The notes below the pieces were generated by a model, which made no database searches, had not been told where the DNA came from, and saw nothing but the letters and a program-made list of their open reading frames with translations. A stretch of 63,004 nucleotides of DNA, the filler included. It is 4 parts of 4 records of this genome, joined end to end, with 100 filler letters (N's around TTAATTAATTAA, not from the genome) between each part and the next. Parts side by side here need not be neighbours in the genome. Positions count along the whole stretch, not along the records: positions 57,191 to 63,004 come from SRR20825019_2809; 3 more parts are not named here. One strand, 5' to 3'. A program made the position numbers and the translations under genes. Position 1 is the stretch's first letter. Each line of letters starts with the position of its first letter. Positions 57,825-63,004 of this stretch are shown here, piece by piece.

Positions 57825-59297
57825 TTAGTTTTTTTGTTTGTAAGCGACTAATGTTTTGTACTTCTCTGTTTTATAGACTTTTTCAATTTTATTAAATACC
57901 TTTTCTTTAAAGGCAAATCCTAAAATTCCGGCAAGAACAACTAGTAAATATCCTAGAAATGGTCCAACCGTATAATGCCCAAGAGCATATAACAATACAG
58001 GAAGAATCATTTTTGGTATGGTAAGTAAAAGAGTTTTAGCATTAAACGCTTGAGAATCTCCAAAGGCTTTTTTATTACTTGTTAAATCTATAGGCGTTTT
58101 TACGTACGCACCACCCCATAAAACCATGTGCGCATTTACGCCAATATTGTAAATAGCACCCGTTATAATAGCTAAATAAATTTCCCAACCGAAATATAAA
58201 TAGAAAGATGCTACAATTGTGGTAAGAATAGTTGCCATTACCATAAGCCACCACTTGGAGTCGAGATAATCTCGGTAACGTATATTCTGACTCATCATAA
58301 GCGGATAGTAAGAACTGTCCCAGCTTGGTACAAACTGCCCAAAACTAAATAAAAACCCACCTGTAACAAATATAGAAGCAAATATTCGCCAAGGAGCTCC
58401 TTGATAAGCTTCTATAGCATTTGTAAAAAATAAGAGTCCGTAAAAAACAAATAGAAAACTCATAAAAACTGCTGTTTTGGAGCGCTTGTTTCTTTTTATT
58501 AGTTTGATATCGTTTTTAAGAAACACAGAAATACTCCCAAAACGATTTAACCAATCTAAGTTTTCTTCTTTTGCCTCTTGATGTTTGCTAGCTAAACCAG
58601 CATCGAGATATAAATTCTTTTTAAAATAATTAAAAGCTATATAGTACAAACCACCCAACAACAAAACAGGAATGAACGCTACATATGGAATCCCATACAT
58701 TAATTCAAAAATAGGCCCTGTATAAAGAGTTATGTCAAATATTCCATAATATTGAAGTCCTCCTAATATTATAATAGCTCCAAAGACAACAAATAAAAAC
58801 GTATTTACGCCATTTAAAAATATATTTATAAAATTATTACAATACAATAACGCATAAATCCCCATAAGCCAAGCCAACACTTGTAAAGGCGGATATCCTT
58901 TTATAATTAACACTACTGAAAAAGGAATAAAAAAGAAAGCGTGAATGAGATTAAAGAAGGAAAATACCGTTTTCCATAAACTGAATTGCACTATTTTTCC
59001 CTTTTTAAACGGTAAATACAACAACGGTTTAATATTTACCACTGGCATTTTTTGCAGCATATACCTAAAGAGCAAATCCATTACCAAATAATAAATAAAT
59101 AACCTGTTTATAACTTCAAAGGCATTTAAATTGAATTCTTCTTCAATAAAATAATAAGAGGCTCCGCCCATGATTGAAAAAGTAGCAATCATATAAAGTG
59201 CCATAAAGCCCATAAAAATTTTCATTACCAAATTAGAAGAAAAGGAAGCCGATCTAAAAAAGGCTTTCCATTGGAGAGCGAAAAAATGTTTAATCAT
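57825..59297 (-). CDS. Multi-pass membrane protein, DUF5687-like ABC permease of Bacteroidota
   Basis: About 12 hydrophobic segments, LQWKAFFRS, NDIKLIKRNKR, SWDSSYY; directly upstream of the ABC ATPase. Confidence 0.78.
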   Translation of the reverse strand: MIKHFFALQWKAFFRSASFSSNLVMKIFMGFMALYMIATFSIMGGASYYFIEEEFNLNAFEVINRLFIYYLVMDLLFRYMLQKMPVVNIKPLLYLPFKKGKIVQFSLWKTVFSFFNLIHAFFFIPFSVVLIIKGYPPLQVLAWLMGIYALLYCNNFINIFLNGVNTFLFVVFGAIIILGGLQYYGIFDITLYTGPIFELMYGIPYVAFIPVLLLGGLYYIAFNYFKKNLYLDAGLASKHQEAKEENLDWLNRFGSISVFLKNDIKLIKRNKRSKTAVFMSFLFVFYGLLFFTNAIEAYQGAPWRIFASIFVTGGFLFSFGQFVPSWDSSYYPLMMSQNIRYRDYLDSKWWLMVMATILTTIVASFYLYFGWEIYLAIITGAIYNIGVNAHMVLWGGAYVKTPIDLTSNKKAFGDSQAFNAKTLLLTIPKMILPVLLYALGHYTVGPFLGYLLVVLAGILGFAFKEKVFNKIEKVYKTEKYKTLVAYKQKN

Positions 59298-59357
59298 ATA
59301 GCTAGGTGGTTGTTATTTAATTAATAAGTGTTGTTTAGCATGTTTTTGTTACAATTA

Positions 59358-60056
59358 TTAGGAATAATTGTATTCCGGATAGGTTTCAGTTAAGTAAATA
59401 CTTGCTTTTTTAGGAATTTTATAAATCATAATATACAGTAAAAACACATAAATCGTAATTGCTAAGCTCACAAAAGTTATTGTTAAAACAGACCATGAAA
59501 AAAGCTCGAATAATCGAAGTTGAGCTCCCAATTCAAGTGGGAGAGACATCCCTCCTACAACGCCCCCTAAATTAAAAATATGTTGCTCTAGCATCCATTT
59601 TTTATTACTGTTTCTTCTACGCTGTTTTATTGTATGGTTAAGTTTAAAAAGCATATATAGCATCACAACAAAAATTATAATAAGCAGACTTACAACAAGC
59701 ATTTCTTTGTTTCCAACCCAATACAGTCCTGCAAACAAAACTGCCCAAAGTGTAGCGAACTTAATAAACTCAGGCCATGAAAAATATGAAAAAAATTCTT
59801 TTTTAATAATTCCTAAATATTTCTTCCCTAAGGCTTTTTGTCGTTCTTCAACCACCTCCATAAATCCAAAAACACCAAACTTTTTAAACTCTTTTTCCAA
59901 GGCATCCTCAAAAGAAATATGAGGGTTTTGCTGCCATTGAGTTTCTATTCCATTGGCTAAATGATCCACCAATTCTGTTTGCAAATCAAAATACTCCACA
60001 TAATGTTTTTGTGTAAATTTATAGAGGTTTTGTATTTGTTCAGAACTGATTTTCAT
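59358..60056 (-). CDS. Membrane protein with HAAS-like N-terminal helical domain (paralog 3)
   Basis: EQIQNLY..VEYFDLQTELVDHLANGIE..FEDAL..FG, then about 4 TM segments. Confidence 0.8.
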   Translation of the reverse strand: MKISSEQIQNLYKFTQKHYVEYFDLQTELVDHLANGIETQWQQNPHISFEDALEKEFKKFGVFGFMEVVEERQKALGKKYLGIIKKEFFSYFSWPEFIKFATLWAVLFAGLYWVGNKEMLVVSLLIIIFVVMLYMLFKLNHTIKQRRRNSNKKWMLEQHIFNLGGVVGGMSLPLELGAQLRLFELFSWSVLTITFVSLAITIYVFLLYIMIYKIPKKASIYLTETYPEYNYS

Positions 60057-60059
60057 TGT

Positions 60060-60710
60060 CTAAAGTGCTATAAATTGTTTTTTATAAGCCTTCTTATATT
60101 GAATCCCAGTTACAAGCATTAAATAATATGCTGTAAATAATAATGCATTTGAAACCGATAGTATGTAAAACTTATTACCGCTAAGTTCTTGCAAAGAATT
60201 CAATGTAAATAAATATTTTCCAAAACTTGTCCCTAATTGACTTATCAACACAAAGAACAATCCAAGCCGCTGAATAGCAGAGAAGTTAAACCATTTCTTT
60301 CTTTTAAATACTAATATGGAATATAAAAGAGCTCCCCCTATTGAAATAGTTGTCGAGATCATATTTATAGCTTTAAATGAATATAAATTAGAAATTAAAA
60401 AGTTCATACCTATATAGCCCATTATAAAAACCAATATACATTGAAGGCTCCATGCGTTTGAAAAAAAATTCTTGAGTAACCTTATATCAACACTCCTTAA
60501 AAACTTTCGGTTACTATTAAGTAATCCTTTTTTGTGAAGCAACATATATTTTTTAAAGGCTTCGTAAAATAATGTTCCATGTTCTTTCATTTCTATTTCC
60601 ACTCCAGAAGCAACATGATCTATCATTTCAACCCTTATATCAAGGTATTCAATCCCTTCATTTTTAAGGTAATTATCTATAAATTGTATTTGTTCAACAG
60701 TTAAACTCAT
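60060..60710 (-). CDS. Membrane protein with HAAS-like N-terminal helical domain (paralog 2)
   Basis: EQIQFIDNYL..IEYLDIRVEMIDHVASGVE..FYEAF, then about 4 TM segments. Confidence 0.8.
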   Translation of the reverse strand: MSLTVEQIQFIDNYLKNEGIEYLDIRVEMIDHVASGVEIEMKEHGTLFYEAFKKYMLLHKKGLLNSNRKFLRSVDIRLLKNFFSNAWSLQCILVFIMGYIGMNFLISNLYSFKAINMISTTISIGGALLYSILVFKRKKWFNFSAIQRLGLFFVLISQLGTSFGKYLFTLNSLQELSGNKFYILSVSNALLFTAYYLMLVTGIQYKKAYKKQFIAL

Positions 60711-61384
60711 GATACAGATACTTTTCTTTCTCGTAATTTAAAATGGTTTTGCAGTAATCTTATCATATAAAATCCGCCAAAAATTATCATAATATGTATT
60801 GAAAAGTTCATAATATGAATCCATACCTGCGTTCCTTCATAATAAAATGAATGACCAAAAATCAAATTATTAAATTGAAGTGATATTAATAAAAAGGGAA
60901 ATGATTTTAATTTAAACAAATAACTATAAGTAGTATTATACTTAAACATTTTAATCCCGATAATCCCAGCTACAACAATTAGGGAATACAAAATGTAAAC
61001 ACCTCCAATAACAAAATCAAATTCCTTTATTACACTAAGAACTTCTTCTCTAATGGGATACAATGAAAATGCAATAAGCAATGCTCCTGCTATGAGTGTT
61101 AGTTCGTATCTTTTTATATAAGTTATACATTTATCAAGAAGAATAGTAGGAATATAATTGGCAGGTCCCAACCAAAAACTACTTGAATTATTTAAAGCAT
61201 CCTTCCATTTATAAAAAGCTTGATTAAAAGCTTCATCAAAAGAAATTGTTTTATCTTCAGTCATTAATTGTTCAATATCAGTAGCAATATGATCGAGCAA
61301 CTCATACTTTAAATCAATATAGTCTAAGCCTCTTTTGTTTAAAGCATACTCAATTTCCTGTATTTGTTCCTGTGTTAATTTCAT
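60707..61384 (-). CDS. Membrane protein with HAAS-like N-terminal helical domain (paralog 1); alternative start 61405
   Basis: EQIQEIE..LDYIDLKYELLDHIATDIE..FDEAF, then about 4 TM segments. Confidence 0.8.
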   Translation of the reverse strand: MKLTQEQIQEIEYALNKRGLDYIDLKYELLDHIATDIEQLMTEDKTISFDEAFNQAFYKWKDALNNSSSFWLGPANYIPTILLDKCITYIKRYELTLIAGALLIAFSLYPIREEVLSVIKEFDFVIGGVYILYSLIVVAGIIGIKMFKYNTTYSYLFKLKSFPFLLISLQFNNLIFGHSFYYEGTQVWIHIMNFSIHIMIIFGGFYMIRLLQNHFKLRERKVSVS

Positions 61385-61397
61385 TTCAACAATCTTA

Positions 61398-61736
61398 TTA
61401 ATCAATACTCCATTTAGGTTTTACCAAATGCTCCATATTTCTTATAAATGCTTCTAACTCTGCCAATCTATTTGCAGTTTCTGTAGTACCCTTTTGTGTT
61501 AGCTTATAATATTTACGCATTCTATTATCCACTTTTACTACTTCAACATCTAGCAATCCTTCCGACTCCAACTTATGCAATGCAGGATATAGCGCACCTT
61601 CCGTAATTTCCAGCTCCCCTTTAGTTAGCTCTTTTACTCTTTGCGTAATTTCATAACCATACATTTTATCATTCTTTTCTAACAATTTTAGAATAATAGT
61701 ATTTAAACTGCCCTTATATAATTTTGAATTACCCAT
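61398..61736 (-). CDS. padR: PadR-family transcriptional regulator
   Basis: LYKGSL..IILKLL..MYGYEI..ITEGALYPALHKLE..RKYYKLTQKG. Confidence 0.93.
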   Translation of the reverse strand: MGNSKLYKGSLNTIILKLLEKNDKMYGYEITQRVKELTKGELEITEGALYPALHKLESEGLLDVEVVKVDNRMRKYYKLTQKGTTETANRLAELEAFIRNMEHLVKPKWSID

Positions 61737-61755
61737 TTTAACATTAATCTTCCCT

Positions 61756-61847
61756 CAAATATATAGTAAATAATTTTATACATAAGAATATTATGTATAA
61801 ATTTTTCTTAATCACATTTTTTAAAGTGAATGCAATGCCTATTTTTG
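61756..61847. promoter_or_regulatory. Divergent Bacteroidota promoters flanking a perfect 11-bp inverted repeat (putative PadR operator)
   Basis: -7 boxes TAnnTTTG: TATATTTG (minus, 61756-61763) and TATTTTTG (plus, 61840-61847); TTTATACATAA-gaata-TTATGTATAAA at 61775-61801. Confidence 0.72.
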
Positions 61848-61862
61848 CCAAAAATTTTATTG

Positions 61863-62912
61863 ATGACTCATTTTCATTCGCTTAAAGTAATAGCAATAAA
61901 TAATATCACATCAAAAGCTGTAGTAATAACTTTTGAAATACCAGAAGACCTTATAAACCTTTATAAATTTATTCCTGGTCAATACATCACTATAAAGAAA
62001 GAATTCAACGGGAAAGAGTTGCGTCGTTCTTATTCCATATGCTCTGGAAAAGACGAAAAAAACATTTCTGTTGGAATTAAAGAAATGCCTAACGGAACTT
62101 TTTCTAAATATGCACAAACCATTAAAGTTGGGGATGTATTAGAAGTTCATCCGCCAGAAGGGCGTTTTACCTTTGAAGCTACAGATTACGAAGGAAAAAA
62201 TGTAGCTGCTTTTGTAGCCGGTAGTGGGATTACACCTATTATGAGTATTGCAAAAGATATTTTGCATAATACCGACAAAAATTTAATGCTCGTTTACGGT
62301 AATAAATCGCTTTCAGAAACGATGTTCCATCAAGATTTAATGGAATTATTAAAGGAATTCCCAAATAGATTTAGCGCGCAATTTGTTTACAGTCAGACAG
62401 AAGAAGAAGGTTCTTTATTTGGGCGTATTGAACGTTCTACCATTAATTATATTCTGAAAAATAAGCACAAAGAGACTCCCTTTGATGCTTTCTATATTTG
62501 TGGCCCTGAAGCCATGATTGAAAGTACTTCGGAAACATTAAAAGAAAATGGCATAGAAGAAAATAAAATTCATGTAGAACATTTCACCACTTCGGACGAC
62601 CATTCTGAAGTTCCAGACTCTATTGGAGATGGAAAAACAAAGGTGAAAGTACTAATTGATGACGAGGAGACAGAAATTGTAATGGATAGAAAGCAGCGTG
62701 TTTTAGATGCTGTTTTAGCCGAAGATCTTGACGCTCCATACTCTTGTCAAGGTGGCGTTTGTAGTAGTTGTGTGGCTAGATTAACCGAAGGAAAAGTAGA
62801 AATGGTAAAAAACCAAATTCTAACCGATGGAGAAATTGCAGAAGGATTAATATTAACCTGCCAGGCACACCCAACTTCTGATTCTATTTCGATTGATTTT
62901 GATGATGTATAA
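61863..62912 (+). CDS. FAD/NAD(P)-binding oxidoreductase with C-terminal 2Fe-2S ferredoxin (PaaE-like)
   Basis: PGQY, RRSYSI, GTFS, AGSGITP, YICGP, APYSCQGGVCSSC, LTCQAHP. Confidence 0.92.
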   Translation: MTHFHSLKVIAINNITSKAVVITFEIPEDLINLYKFIPGQYITIKKEFNGKELRRSYSICSGKDEKNISVGIKEMPNGTFSKYAQTIKVGDVLEVHPPEGRFTFEATDYEGKNVAAFVAGSGITPIMSIAKDILHNTDKNLMLVYGNKSLSETMFHQDLMELLKEFPNRFSAQFVYSQTEEEGSLFGRIERSTINYILKNKHKETPFDAFYICGPEAMIESTSETLKENGIEENKIHVEHFTTSDDHSEVPDSIGDGKTKVKVLIDDEETEIVMDRKQRVLDAVLAEDLDAPYSCQGGVCSSCVARLTEGKVEMVKNQILTDGEIAEGLILTCQAHPTSDSISIDFDDV

Positions 62913-63004
62913 GTAAACTCCTCAAGGCAAGCCTATGAAGGATTCAAAGCAAACAAATTTAATCCATTTCAACGTAGAGCCCTTCGGTAAACTCAGCACA
63001 GGCT

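Noticed and set aside
62915-63004. Fragments resembling Bacteroidota REP-like intergenic repeats
   Set aside because: Degenerate and cut by the window edge; cannot be supported here

Overview
This window is not one locus. It is four contigs joined by 100-nt N spacers carrying TTAATTAATTAA (28462-28561, 41241-41340, 57091-57190). (1) 1-28461 and (3) 41341-57090 come from a compact, GC-rich microbial eukaryote with short (about 45-65 nt) GT-AG introns; the lineage cannot be fixed from sequence alone. Segment 1 holds a 4-domain voltage-gated cation channel with an odd D/A/D/D filter, DHX34, an F-box/TPR protein, an RWDD2-like gene, MND1, a 1792-aa intronless secreted mosaic protein (phage-tail-like, PLAT and CPW-WPC modules), MPO1/DUF962 and a polycystin-type channel. 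Segment 3 holds a secreted PRTase-CE-like protein head-to-head with a giant Nudix-like/kinase-like/Zn-finger/NACHT/LRR (NLR-like) gene, plus a purple acid phosphatase. (2) 28562-41240 is gammaproteobacterial (Methylophaga-like by impression only): nitrate ABC transporter, EAL protein, NtrC/sigma54-driven NarK-PP2C/kinase-NsrR unit, CHAD, sixA, a DnaA-box triplet, tRNAs and rnr. (4) 57191-63004 is AT-rich and Flavobacteriaceae-like: padR, three tandem HAAS-like membrane paralogs, DUF5687/ABC ATPase and a divergent 2Fe-2S oxidoreductase. Best candidates for new biology are the protist kinase-NACHT-LRR receptor with its divergent PRTase-CE-like neighbour, and the mosaic secreted protein. All domain calls are by-eye motif recognition, not database searches.
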